Shown here piece by piece: positions 9,185-18,774 of a stretch of DNA of 64,000 nt. The notes beneath the pieces are model-generated. The model made no database searches, was not told where the DNA came from, and saw only the letters and a program-made list of their open reading frames with translations. Origin of the DNA: an uncultured Clostridia bacterium (GTDB lineage Bacteria; Bacillota; Clostridia; Christensenellales; UBA1242); assembly GCA_944377825.1 (NCBI GenBank), contig CALWGA010000050.1:329-64328 (forward strand), in the 5' to 3' direction. A program made the translations under genes and the position numbers. The stretch's first letter is position 1, and every line of letters starts with the position of its first letter.

Positions 9185-9454
9185 TCTTTTTGTCACATAA
9201 AAAATTTTTGTTTAAATATAAAAATTAAAGATTTAAAAAACTTAAGACTTAAAACACTAAAGCAAATTTTATATTAAACCAAAAAAGTTGCGTTTACCCT
9301 TCCCTCAACTTTTTTATTATAATTTATTTATCTTTTCAGTTTTTAACTTTTTTTATTATTTTCATATTTTTCTCAAATTTTTATTAATTTTCACTAGTTT
9401 TTTTATATTTTTTTAGATTTAACGCATTTTTTTCAGACTTTTTTATTTGATTAT

Positions 9455-9484
9455 AAAAAAGCCACCTTGGTTTTGGTGACTTTT
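9455..9484. terminator. Bidirectional terminator between convergent serS and the 138-aa ORF
   Basis: AAAAAA-GCCACC-ttggtttt-GGTGAC-TTTT: a hairpin with A-run and T-run flanks, so it is usable on both strands. Confidence 0.55.
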
Positions 9485-9521
9485 ACATAACAAAAATTGT
9501 TATTTATTATTTTACCGAGGG

Positions 9522-9938
9522 TCAAAACTCCCCCCCCCGCACTGGAGTTTGCTTTTCAGTAGTCTTGGCTTCGCAAATGATAATTTCGCGCGCTTGCACA
9601 AGGCGTTTTTCACAATTTCGGCTATAGGTGTAGATGAAATCTTCGTTTCCGTTCTTCGAAATAAAAGATATAACTTGATATTTGCTCATGTCGTTGTTAT
9701 CTCTTTTGATTTTTATCTCCTCATCGCTTACGCCAGCGTTTTCAAATCTATAACATAATAAAGACGCATTGCTATTTAATGTTTGAACTGACTTTTCTGC
9801 CATCCATCTATTCGCATATTTATATAACTCCCAAGCAATATCGCCTGTCAAGTAAATTTTACTATCAGGATTATTTTTTATCGTGCCTTTTATAGTTTCA
9901 AAAATGTCGTCATTTTTATTGAAATTAACATTGTCCAT
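9522..9938 (-). CDS. Hypothetical 138-aa protein with a G9 tract in its last codons
   Basis: ORF with its own promoter (9969-9997) and terminator. No motif recognised. The coding-strand G9 (plus-strand C9 at 9530-9538) encodes ...RGGEF-stop. Confidence 0.55.
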   Translation of the reverse strand: MDNVNFNKNDDIFETIKGTIKNNPDSKIYLTGDIAWELYKYANRWMAEKSVQTLNSNASLLCYRFENAGVSDEEIKIKRDNNDMSKYQVISFISKNGNEDFIYTYSRNCEKRLVQAREIIICEAKTTEKQTPVRGGEF

Positions 9939-9968
9939 ATTTTCTCCATTAAATAATTTTTCGCTAAT

Positions 9969-9997
9969 AGTCTACCACAATAATCGCATGATGTCAA
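9969..9997 (-). promoter_or_regulatory. Sigma-A-type promoter of the 138-aa ORF
   Basis: Minus strand reads TTGACA (9997-9992) - 17 bp - TAGACT (9974-9969), preceded by TGG (extended -10). Confidence 0.5.
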
Positions 9998-10003
9998 TAT
10001 TCT

Positions 10004-10031
10004 ATAAAAAAATAGCCAAAAATTGGCTATT
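10004..10031 (-). terminator. rpoC terminator
   Basis: Minus strand has ATAGCCA-attt t-TGGCTAT followed by T7, about 35 nt after the rpoC stop. Confidence 0.6.
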
Positions 10032-10064
10032 TTCTAATTAAAATTTGTCTTTAACTTATCCGCT

Positions 10065-13000
10065 TTAAATTGCAGTTTCTTCTTTTTCCACCTTAACAGG
10101 AACAACGGAGCGGTATTTTTTAAGTCCAGTTCCTGCTGGAATAAGTTTGCCGATGATGACATTCTCTTTGATACCAACAAGGTTATCGACCTTGCCCTTA
10201 AGAGCGGCATCAGTAAGCACTCTCGAAGTCTCTTGAAAGGAAGAAGAAGATAGGAAGGAGTCTGTCATAAGAGCAGCACGTGTGATTCCAAGAAGCATTC
10301 TTCTTGCAATAGCAGGACGTCCACCTTCACGCAAAACTCTCTCATTTTCTTCGTCACAACGCGAGATGTCAACAATTTCGCCTGTCAAGAGGTCAGTATC
10401 TCCAGAGTCCTCAATCTTAACCTTCTTAAGCATCTGACGGATAATGATTTCGATGTGTTTATCATTAACCTTAACATCCTGTCCGCGGTAAACTTTGATA
10501 ACTTCGCTGAGTAGGTACTGCTCAAGTCCCTTAAGACCTTTGGTGCGGAGTAAGTCGGTTGGGTTGATTGCACCGCCAGTGAGTTGCGTTCCTGGTTCAA
10601 CATTTTCGCCCTCTTTAACCTTCAAAACGGCAGGTTTTCTAACTTCATAGTCAATATCGCCTTCGCCGGTTAAGATTGTGATGGTGTAGTTCTTAGCATC
10701 CTCTCTGATGTGAACTTTACCAGCAACTTCGGAAAGCAAGCACTCGCCCTTTGGCTTTCTTGCTTCGAAAATCTCTTCAACTCTCGGCAAACCTTGAGTG
10801 ATGTCGGCAGCAACCGCAGAACCACCAGTGTGGAAAGTTCTCATGGTAAGTTGCGTGCCCGGTTCGCCAATGGACTGAGCGGCAATGATACCAACCGCCT
10901 CGCCAAGTGGAACCATATCTTTGCCAGCCATGTTTCTGCCATAGCACTTCGCACAAACGCCATGTTTGCAACGGCAAGTGATAAGTGAACGAATTTGAAC
11001 TTCTTTGATGCCAGCCTTTGTGATTTCATCTGCTTGTTTTTTGGAAATCATCTCATTTGAGTGAACGATAATTTCCTTTGTCTTAGGATTTACAATATCC
11101 TCAACTGCCACACGACCATAGATTCTTTCAGCCAAAGTCTCTTGAACAAAGCCGTCTGTGACAAGGTCAGTAACTGTCACGCCTTTAATCTTCTCGCCAG
11201 TTTCAGCAAAGCAGTCTTTACTTGTTATCACAACGTCCTGAGCAACATCGACAAGTCTTCTTGTTAAATATCTAGAGTCTGCAGTCTTAAGCGCTGTGTC
11301 GGACAAACCTTTTCTCGAACCACGAGAGTTGACGAAATACTCAATAGGAGTAAGACCTTGTCTGAAGGAAGATTTGATAGGTGTGTCAATCTTAGTTCCA
11401 GATGCGGTTGTCTTAATACCAATCATACCGCAGTCACTGTTCAACTGCACGGTGTTACCACGCGCGCCAGAAAGCACCATAAGTGAGAATGGGTTGAATG
11501 GGTCAAGCGACTTAACAACCGCGTCTTGCACCTTGTTAACCGCATGGTTCCAAATGTCGATGTTTGCATCCAACTTTTCGTTTAAAGTGATAAGTCCGCG
11601 ATTCAAAAGTTTCTCATTTTCAAGCACTTGGTCTTCTGCTTCTTTCATAATCACTTTCTTCTCTTTTGGCTCTTCAATATCAAAGATATTAACCGAAATT
11701 GAAGCAAGTGTGGAATATTTATAACCTATTTCCTTTAATTTATCAACAAGGTCAGCGGTCGCAGTTGTTCCAAACTTATCATAAACATCTCCAACCAAGT
11801 TTTTAAGTTCCTTCTTCATAACCGGCTTGTTGATTTCAAGTTCGCAGATGTTATCTTCAATCGTTCTATCAACATAGCCAAGGTCTTGAGAAATTATGTT
11901 GTTAAATAGTATTCTTCCAACGGTTGTCACAACACGCTTGGTGTAAGTTTTACCATTGACCTCTTTTGTAAGTCTAACAGTGCATTCCGCTTGAAGGTCA
12001 AGGTTCTTAGTTTGGTATGCATAAATCATCTCGTTGCGGGATGCGAATATGCTACCTTCGCCCTTAGCGCCAGGTCTAACAAGTGTCAAGTAGTAGCATC
12101 CAAGCACGATATCCTGTGATGGAGAAACGATAGGTTCGCCGTCGGAAAGTTTTAAGATGTTGTTCGAAGCAAGCATCAAAGTTCTAGCCTCAGTGCGCGC
12201 ATCGATAGAAAGAGGAATGTGAACAGGCATTTGGTCGCCGTCGAAGTCAGCGTTGAACGCAGCGCAGGCAGATGGATGGAGTTTAATCGCATTGCCTTCC
12301 ACAAGCACAGGCTCAAACGCCTGAACGGAAAGTCTGTGAAGAGTTGGAGCACGGTTCAAAAGCACTGGATGGTCTTTGATGACATCAGCCAAAATATCCC
12401 AAACCACTGGCTTTTCGCGTTCAATCATACGCTTTGCAGTTTTGATGTTGTTTGTTAAGTTCATTTCAACAAGTCTGTTCATAATGAAAGGCTTGAAGAG
12501 TTCAAGCGCCATCTCCTTTGGAAGTCCACACTGATATATTTTAAGTTCTGGTCCAACCACGATAACCGAACGACCTGAGTAGTCAACACGCTTACCAAGA
12601 AGGTTCTGTCTGAAGCGTCCTTGCTTACCACTGAGCATAGCAGAGAGTGATTTCAAATCTCTTTGCTTTGAGCCTTGCACAGCCTTTCCGCGCTTACCAT
12701 TGTCGATAAGATTGTCAACAGCCTCTTGAAGCATTCTCTTTTCGTTACGGCAGATAACGTCAGGAGCGCCAAGTTCGATAAGTTTTTTCAAACGGTTATT
12801 TCTGTTGATAACTCTGCGGTATAGGTCGTTCAAGTCGCTTGTTGCATATCTTCCGCCATCAAGTGGCACCATAGGACGAAGGTCTGGTGGAAGCACTGGA
12901 ATAACATCAAGCACCATCCAAGTTGGATTGTTTCCACTCTTTCTGAAAGACTCCACAATGTCAAGTTTCTTAGCCGCCTTAATCTTTCTTTGACCTTTAG

Positions 13001-13595
13001 AGTTTTTAAGTTCTTCTTTTAACTCCTTTGCCTCTCTTTCAAGGTCAACATCGCCAAGGAGTTTCTTGATAGCCTCAGCACCCATACCAGCCTCAAAACT
13101 TCCAGCACCGTATTTTTCAAGTGCATCACGATATTCCTTGTCAGTTAAAATTTGTTTATATTCTAGGTCAGTTGATTTAGGGTCTGTTACGATGTAATTG
13201 ATATAATATACTACTTGCTCCAAAGTTTTTGGAGTAAGGTCAAGTAGCATACCGATACGAGATGGCACCGTTCTAAAATACCATAGATGTGTCACAGGGC
13301 AAGCAAGTTCAATATGTCCCATTCTTTCACGGCGCACCTTGCTTCTCGTAACCTCAACGCCACACTTGTCGCAGATTACACCACGATAGCGAATCTTCTT
13401 GTATTTTCCGCAGTGGCATTCCCAATCCTTTTTAGGTCCAAAAATTCTCTCGCAGAACAAACCATCTTTTTCTGGCTTTTGAGTTCTGTAGTTGATAGTT
13501 TCTGGCTTTGTGACCTCACCATGAGACCATTCTCTAATCTTCTCTGGTGAAGCAAGTCCTATTTTGATTTTTTCAAAGTTATTAAGTTCAAACAT
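10065..13595 (-). CDS. rpoC: DNA-directed RNA polymerase subunit beta'
   Basis: 1176 aa. Zn-finger [23 protein letters not shown], catalytic NADFDGDQM, and trigger-loop and bridge-helix regions are recognisable. Confidence 0.97.
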   Translation of the reverse strand: MFELNNFEKIKIGLASPEKIREWSHGEVTKPETINYRTQKPEKDGLFCERIFGPKKDWECHCGKYKKIRYRGVICDKCGVEVTRSKVRRERMGHIELACPVTHLWYFRTVPSRIGMLLDLTPKTLEQVVYYINYIVTDPKSTDLEYKQILTDKEYRDALEKYGAGSFEAGMGAEAIKKLLGDVDLEREAKELKEELKNSKGQRKIKAAKKLDIVESFRKSGNNPTWMVLDVIPVLPPDLRPMVPLDGGRYATSDLNDLYRRVINRNNRLKKLIELGAPDVICRNEKRMLQEAVDNLIDNGKRGKAVQGSKQRDLKSLSAMLSGKQGRFRQNLLGKRVDYSGRSVIVVGPELKIYQCGLPKEMALELFKPFIMNRLVEMNLTNNIKTAKRMIEREKPVVWDILADVIKDHPVLLNRAPTLHRLSVQAFEPVLVEGNAIKLHPSACAAFNADFDGDQMPVHIPLSIDARTEARTLMLASNNILKLSDGEPIVSPSQDIVLGCYYLTLVRPGAKGEGSIFASRNEMIYAYQTKNLDLQAECTVRLTKEVNGKTYTKRVVTTVGRILFNNIISQDLGYVDRTIEDNICELEINKPVMKKELKNLVGDVYDKFGTTATADLVDKLKEIGYKYSTLASISVNIFDIEEPKEKKVIMKEAEDQVLENEKLLNRGLITLNEKLDANIDIWNHAVNKVQDAVVKSLDPFNPFSLMVLSGARGNTVQLNSDCGMIGIKTTASGTKIDTPIKSSFRQGLTPIEYFVNSRGSRKGLSDTALKTADSRYLTRRLVDVAQDVVITSKDCFAETGEKIKGVTVTDLVTDGFVQETLAERIYGRVAVEDIVNPKTKEIIVHSNEMISKKQADEITKAGIKEVQIRSLITCRCKHGVCAKCYGRNMAGKDMVPLGEAVGIIAAQSIGEPGTQLTMRTFHTGGSAVAADITQGLPRVEEIFEARKPKGECLLSEVAGKVHIREDAKNYTITILTGEGDIDYEVRKPAVLKVKEGENVEPGTQLTGGAINPTDLLRTKGLKGLEQYLLSEVIKVYRGQDVKVNDKHIEIIIRQMLKKVKIEDSGDTDLLTGEIVDISRCDEENERVLREGGRPAIARRMLLGITRAALMTDSFLSSSSFQETSRVLTDAALKGKVDNLVGIKENVIIGKLIPAGTGLKKYRSVVPVKVEKEETAI

Positions 13596-13645
13596 AACAA
13601 TCCCCTAAAAATAAATTTATATATATTATCATTTGTGCAAATGTT

Positions 13646-14107
13646 TTATCTATTAATCTCTTTTTCTTTTACTCCATAAGGAGTTTTAGAAATTTTTATT
13701 TCTTCATTTCCGCTTAGAATACTCTCTCTGTATTGTAAACAAGTGTTAATATCGCCAATCTGTTTTTCAGAATAATGATTTCCAAACACCACCACACCGC
13801 CTTTAATCGGCATGCCTTTCCCATCTTCAGCAAAATAAGCAGGGTAATATTTCTTCAAAAATTCATCTTGCTCAGGAGTGGTGTAGATTGTGTAAATAGA
13901 ATTTTTACTTAAACCATGCCTGTTTTTGAAAACATTGGCAGGAATAAAAGACTTTTGCTGAGCAAATTCATCAAATGGTTCATCATTTGGATAAGTGAAA
14001 GGCAAATTTATCTTTTCTTTACTTAGATAAAAATCTTTAATTTTCAAATTTCTTGCATCAAAGATACTTATGCGATATTTTCCTTTTACTTCATTTTTGT
14101 TAATCAT
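13646..14107 (-). CDS. Hypothetical 153-aa protein, paralog 2 of the rpoB-rpoC insert
   Basis: Shares FDA..., PFTYP, EPF(D/E)EF, KSFIP..VFK.RHGL, TIY..PEQD.FLK.YY, DG.G..IK...VVFGNHY.E.QI.DI.TCL with ORF 14167..14589. No family recognised. Confidence 0.6.
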   Translation of the reverse strand: MINKNEVKGKYRISIFDARNLKIKDFYLSKEKINLPFTYPNDEPFDEFAQQKSFIPANVFKNRHGLSKNSIYTIYTTPEQDEFLKKYYPAYFAEDGKGMPIKGGVVVFGNHYSEKQIGDINTCLQYRESILSGNEEIKISKTPYGVKEKEINR

Positions 14108-14166
14108 TTGCCTTCCCTCCTTTATGTTTTTAATAGGTAAATTTTCATTGGTTATTATTAATATTT

Positions 14167-14589
14167 TTATAATGAATGTTTTCTTTCATTGTCGTCCATT
14201 TTTGTTTTTAGTTTCAAACAGGTGTAAATATCATCTATTTGACTTTCAGTGTAGTGATTTCCAAAGACGACTTTGCTATCTTTAATAAGTTGACCAATCC
14301 CATCTTTAGCATAGAATGTTGAATAATAATCTTTCAAAAACTTGTCTTGTTCAGGTGAGCAGTAGATTGTGTGAATTATTTTTCTAAACAAACCATGCCT
14401 TTTTTTAAAAACATCTAAAGGAATAAAAGATTTTATATGTTGATTAAATTCTTCAAATGGTTCCACATACCTTGGATAAGTGAAAGGCTGTTTTATTTCC
14501 TCACCGTTCAAAAAGAAATCATAAAAACACATACATGTCGCATCAAAAACAGTCACACAATATTTTTTCTTTTCGTCTATGAAACTCAT
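14167..14589 (-). CDS. Hypothetical 140-aa protein, paralog 1 of the rpoB-rpoC insert
   Basis: Shares the motif set listed for 13646..14107. AAAGGAG RBS lies before ATG 14589. Same strand as rpoB and rpoC. Confidence 0.6.
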   Translation of the reverse strand: MSFIDEKKKYCVTVFDATCMCFYDFFLNGEEIKQPFTYPRYVEPFEEFNQHIKSFIPLDVFKKRHGLFRKIIHTIYCSPEQDKFLKDYYSTFYAKDGIGQLIKDSKVVFGNHYTESQIDDIYTCLKLKTKMDDNERKHSL

Positions 14590-14716
14590 TCTACTCCTTT
14601 ATGTCTTTATTAAGCAATGTTTTATCTAGAATTAACACTTTTTACCACACTCTATTTAAATAATCCACAACTCTTCACTGAAAACCGAAGGTTTTCCTTC
14701 ACTTTTCACTCTTCAC

Positions 14717-17700
14717 TTATTCGTCGAAGTCCCCAAAATCATCAAACAAATCGATATCGTCAATGCCTTGAGTTGAAGTCTGTTCATCGATTGCCTCTTG
14801 AATATCACTCTTCTTTTCTTCTTCGCCTTGGTCGTTAATTAGTTCGTCAAGGTCGATAGTGACATTCTTAAGGTCATTTTCAACATCCTGTTCCATTGAA
14901 GGTTTATCGTGTTCGTCTTGCGATAGTTCTGGAAGGTCAATCTCTTCATCATTCTCGGTCAAAATCTTCACATCAAGCGCAAGTGCTTGTAATTCCTTTA
15001 CTAACACTTTGAAGGATTCTGGAATACCTGGCTCTGAAATTGGCTCGCCTTTCACGATTGCTTCAAAGGTCTTAACACGGCCAACAACATCGTCAGACTT
15101 CACTGTGAGCATTTCTTGAAGAACGTGGCTTGCGCCGTATGCTTCAAGCGCCCAAACTTCCATTTCACCAAATCTCTGACCACCGAAGAGCGCTTTACCA
15201 CCGAGTGGTTGTTGAGTGATGAGTGAGTATGGTCCAATCGAACGAGCATGCACTTTACTGTCAACCATGTGGTTAAGTTTAAGCATATATTTTATGCCGA
15301 TTGTGGTCTTGTTCTCAAATGGCTCGCCTGTTCTTCCGTCATAGAGTTGAACTTTGCCATCTTCTGGGAAATTGTTTTCTTTAAGTAGTTCCTTAATGGA
15401 AGCGACATCTGCGCCATCAAACGCTGGAGTTGCCACTTTCCAACCAAGGCTACCTGCAACAAGTCCCAAATGCACTTCAAGCACCTGACCTAAGTTCATA
15501 CGCGCTGGAACGCCAAGTGGATTAAGCACGATGTCAAGTGGTTTGCCGTTTGCCATAAATGGCATATCAGCCTCTGGCATAACGATGGAAACGACACCTT
15601 TGTTGCCGTAACGACCGCTCATCTTGTCGCCGACAGAGAGTTTTCTCTTCTGAGCGATATAGACTTTGACAAGTTCGTTGACGCCTGGTTCAAGTTCGTC
15701 TTTATTCTTCCTTGAGAACACTTGAACATCAACAACAATTCCGCCCTTGCCATGTTGCACGCGAAGAGATGTGTCTCTAACCTCTCTCGCCTTCTCGCCG
15801 AATATAGCGCGGAGTAATCTCTCTTCAGGACTTAATTCTGTTTCGCCCTTAGGAGAAACCTTACCAACTAAGATGTCGCCTGGACGAACCTCAGCGCCGA
15901 TTCTAACAATTCCGTTCTCGTCCAAGTTCTTAAGAGCATCCTCGCCAAGATTTGGAATATCGCGAGTGATTTGCTCGTCGCCTAACTTTGTGGTTCGACA
16001 TTTAAGTTCTTCCACTTTCAAGCAAATTGAAGTGTAAATATCGTCTTTCACAAGTCTTTCGTTGATAATGATAGCATCCTCGAAGTTGTATCCTTCCCAG
16101 TTCATATAGCCGACAAGCACATTCTTTCCAAGTGCAAGTTCGCCATTTTCACAAGAATATCCGTCGATGATGACGTCGCCCTTATTAACCTTTTCGCCTT
16201 TCTTTACGCAAGGTTTTTGGTTGATGCAAGTTTCGTCATTTGTCTTTTCAAACTTAGTAAGTGGATAGATGTCCACAGTGCCTTCGTTATTTTTAACTCT
16301 AACTTCGTCAGCGCTGACATATTCCACAACACCGGCGTTTTTAGCAAGTGTGCAGTAACCTGAGTCACGCGCCACAACCTCTTCCATACCAGTTCCAACA
16401 ACTGGAGACTCTGGTCTTAAAAGTGGAACGGCCTGTCTCTGCATGTTTGCGCCCATGAGCGCACGGTTTGCTTCGTTTGAATTAAGGAATGGAATGAGCG
16501 AGGTTGCCACTGAAATGAATTGTCTTGGAGATGCGTCCACGAGGTCAACCTGTCTTGCTGGAACATCGACAACATAGTCCTTATGACGGCAGATAATTCT
16601 CTTGTTGACAAATCTACCTTCTTCATCAAGTGGCTCGGTTGCCTGAGCGATGTAAGCGGTGTCCTCAATATCTGCCATATAATATTCGCACTTATCAGAA
16701 ACCTTGCCTGTCTCCTTATCCACTTTTCTATATGGAGTTTCAAGGAAGCCATATTCATTGATTTTAGCGTAACTTGTCATGGTGTTAACAAGTCCAATAG
16801 CCTGACCTTCTGGGGTTTCGATAGGGCAGATACGTCCATAGTTTGTGTAGTGAATATCACGCACTTCTGCGTCCGCTCTTTCCTTTCTGATACCGCCAGG
16901 TCCAACAGCGGAAACACGGCGTTTCTGAGTTATTCCAGAAAGCGGGTTCACTTGGTCCATAAACTGCGAAAGTTGTGAGGTTGCCACGAAATCGCGGAGC
17001 GCTCTGTTCACAGCCTTAGGGTTGACAATCTGTCTTGGAGTGACCTCAGAAAGTTCCTTACCTTGCAAGGTCTCACGAACATTGGAAACAAGTTTTGTCA
17101 CGCCCGAACGGAAGTGGTCGTATAATAACTCTCCACAAGTTGCAATTCTCTTGTTTGAAAGGTGTTCAATCTTATCTGTCTTTGCAATGCCTTCGATAAC
17201 ATCCAAATACATGCTGATTGATGCCAAAATATCGTCCATAGTAAGCGTGGTTATCATTAAATCTTTCGCTCTTTCACGGATTGCCTGCATTCTCTTCTCT
17301 TTGGACTTATTTTCTTTCAAAATCTCTTTGAGAACAGGATAGTAAACTTCCTCTAAAATTCCAAGGTCCTTTTCGTTGCAAGGCAAGACGTCGGAAAGTC
17401 TAACTCTGTTGTTGCCACGAATTAGATATTTCTTATCTGGAAGTTGAATCCAAACCTCGTTAATTCCGCTTGCCTTAATCTTGTTTGCAGTTTCAGCGTC
17501 AATCTCTTGACCTGCTCTTGCTAAGATTTCGCCGTCCTCAGTTACGATGTTTTCAGCGGCAACCTGACCGGTAATACGCCTTGCGATAGAAAGTTTCTTA
17601 TTTAAGTTATATCTACCAACTCTTGAAAGGTTGTAGTATTGGTCAGAGAAGAACCAAAGGTTAAGATAGTTTCGTGTGGTCTCAGCGCTTGGCACATCGG

Positions 17701-18427
17701 CAGGACGAGTTTTTCTTGCAAATTCAAGAAGCGCCTCTTCCTGAGTTTGTTGAGGCTCTTTTTCAAGCACATGTTTCACAAGTCTATGGCCACCAAAAAG
17801 TTTAGAAATCTCGTCAGCGGTGTAGCCAAAGCATTTTAAGAACAAACCAAGCGTGATTCTGTTTCGCCTGTCAAGCACGATGTTCAAAACTTCATTCGCA
17901 CCCTGCTTAACTTCGATATACATACCTCTCTTTGGAATGATTTGACCAACAAGCGTGGAATTGTCTTGATTTTTGTCTCTTAATAGGTAATAGTTTGGCG
18001 ATTTGATGATTTGATTGACAATAACTCTTTCAACACCATTGATGATAAAGGTGCAGTCATCTGTCATATATGGAATGTCGCCTAAAAAAACGACATCTTC
18101 AACAGCCTGACCTGTCTCTTCCACAACAAAACGCGCCCTGACATTTAAAGGGATAGAATAAGTGGCACTTCTACGCTTGCACTCCTTGGTGGAATATTTA
18201 GGCTCTTTGTCCATAACAATGTCAAGAAGATAAAGTTTAGCCTTACCGCTGTAGTCAACGATAGGCGAAAACTCGTCTAATGCTTCACGTATGCCATGCT
18301 CCAAGAAGTCTTTAAAAGATTTTCTTTGAATTTCAAGAAGAGATGGAATTTGAATATAGTCTTTGAGTTTTGCAAAGGTATATCTTTCGGCTTTTCCAAA
18401 TTTTTGTTTTTTAAGTTCTACTGACAT
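14717..18427 (-). CDS. rpoB: DNA-directed RNA polymerase subunit beta
   Basis: 1236 aa with conserved blocks (...GDKMSGRYGNKGVVS..., ...GGQRFGEMEVWALEAYGA...) and a long acidic C-terminal tail. Confidence 0.97.
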   Translation of the reverse strand: MSVELKKQKFGKAERYTFAKLKDYIQIPSLLEIQRKSFKDFLEHGIREALDEFSPIVDYSGKAKLYLLDIVMDKEPKYSTKECKRRSATYSIPLNVRARFVVEETGQAVEDVVFLGDIPYMTDDCTFIINGVERVIVNQIIKSPNYYLLRDKNQDNSTLVGQIIPKRGMYIEVKQGANEVLNIVLDRRNRITLGLFLKCFGYTADEISKLFGGHRLVKHVLEKEPQQTQEEALLEFARKTRPADVPSAETTRNYLNLWFFSDQYYNLSRVGRYNLNKKLSIARRITGQVAAENIVTEDGEILARAGQEIDAETANKIKASGINEVWIQLPDKKYLIRGNNRVRLSDVLPCNEKDLGILEEVYYPVLKEILKENKSKEKRMQAIRERAKDLMITTLTMDDILASISMYLDVIEGIAKTDKIEHLSNKRIATCGELLYDHFRSGVTKLVSNVRETLQGKELSEVTPRQIVNPKAVNRALRDFVATSQLSQFMDQVNPLSGITQKRRVSAVGPGGIRKERADAEVRDIHYTNYGRICPIETPEGQAIGLVNTMTSYAKINEYGFLETPYRKVDKETGKVSDKCEYYMADIEDTAYIAQATEPLDEEGRFVNKRIICRHKDYVVDVPARQVDLVDASPRQFISVATSLIPFLNSNEANRALMGANMQRQAVPLLRPESPVVGTGMEEVVARDSGYCTLAKNAGVVEYVSADEVRVKNNEGTVDIYPLTKFEKTNDETCINQKPCVKKGEKVNKGDVIIDGYSCENGELALGKNVLVGYMNWEGYNFEDAIIINERLVKDDIYTSICLKVEELKCRTTKLGDEQITRDIPNLGEDALKNLDENGIVRIGAEVRPGDILVGKVSPKGETELSPEERLLRAIFGEKAREVRDTSLRVQHGKGGIVVDVQVFSRKNKDELEPGVNELVKVYIAQKRKLSVGDKMSGRYGNKGVVSIVMPEADMPFMANGKPLDIVLNPLGVPARMNLGQVLEVHLGLVAGSLGWKVATPAFDGADVASIKELLKENNFPEDGKVQLYDGRTGEPFENKTTIGIKYMLKLNHMVDSKVHARSIGPYSLITQQPLGGKALFGGQRFGEMEVWALEAYGASHVLQEMLTVKSDDVVGRVKTFEAIVKGEPISEPGIPESFKVLVKELQALALDVKILTENDEEIDLPELSQDEHDKPSMEQDVENDLKNVTIDLDELINDQGEEEKKSDIQEAIDEQTSTQGIDDIDLFDDFGDFDE

Positions 18428-18448
18428 AACAACACTCCTTAATCAGAC

Positions 18449-18494
18449 TAAAAAAGGAAACAATATGGCAAAAAACTTTGCCACAATGTTTCCT
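18449..18494 (-). terminator. Strong terminator-like hairpin in the rpoB leader
   Basis: Minus strand has AGGAAACATTGTGGCAAA-gtttt-TTGCCATATTGTTTCCT (about 17-18 bp stem with two mismatches) followed by TTTTTT. It ends about 20 nt before the rpoB RBS. Confidence 0.6.
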
Positions 18495-18547
18495 ATATTA
18501 AGTTAAAAATCGCGATATTCTTCCACATTTATGATAATAACCACTTA

Positions 18548-18577
18548 ATTATAACAACATTTAGAACTCTTTGTCAA
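18548..18577 (-). promoter_or_regulatory. Consensus sigma-A promoter upstream of rpoB
   Basis: Minus strand reads TTGACA (18577-18572) - 18 bp - TATAAT (18553-18548), preceded by TGT (extended -10). Confidence 0.6.
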
Positions 18578-18774
18578 TAGTTTTTTTAAAAAAATTTTAA
18601 AAATAGCAAAAATATACTTAGTTAATGATATTTTAACAAGTAATCAAGCAAAAATCAAGCGATTTTAATAAAAATATATATAAATTTTATTGCCCACATA
18701 AAAAATTTTAAACAAAAAAAGGAAAAAGAGGTTAAATCTCCTTTCCTTTTTATGTTAATCTTCAAACATATCGC

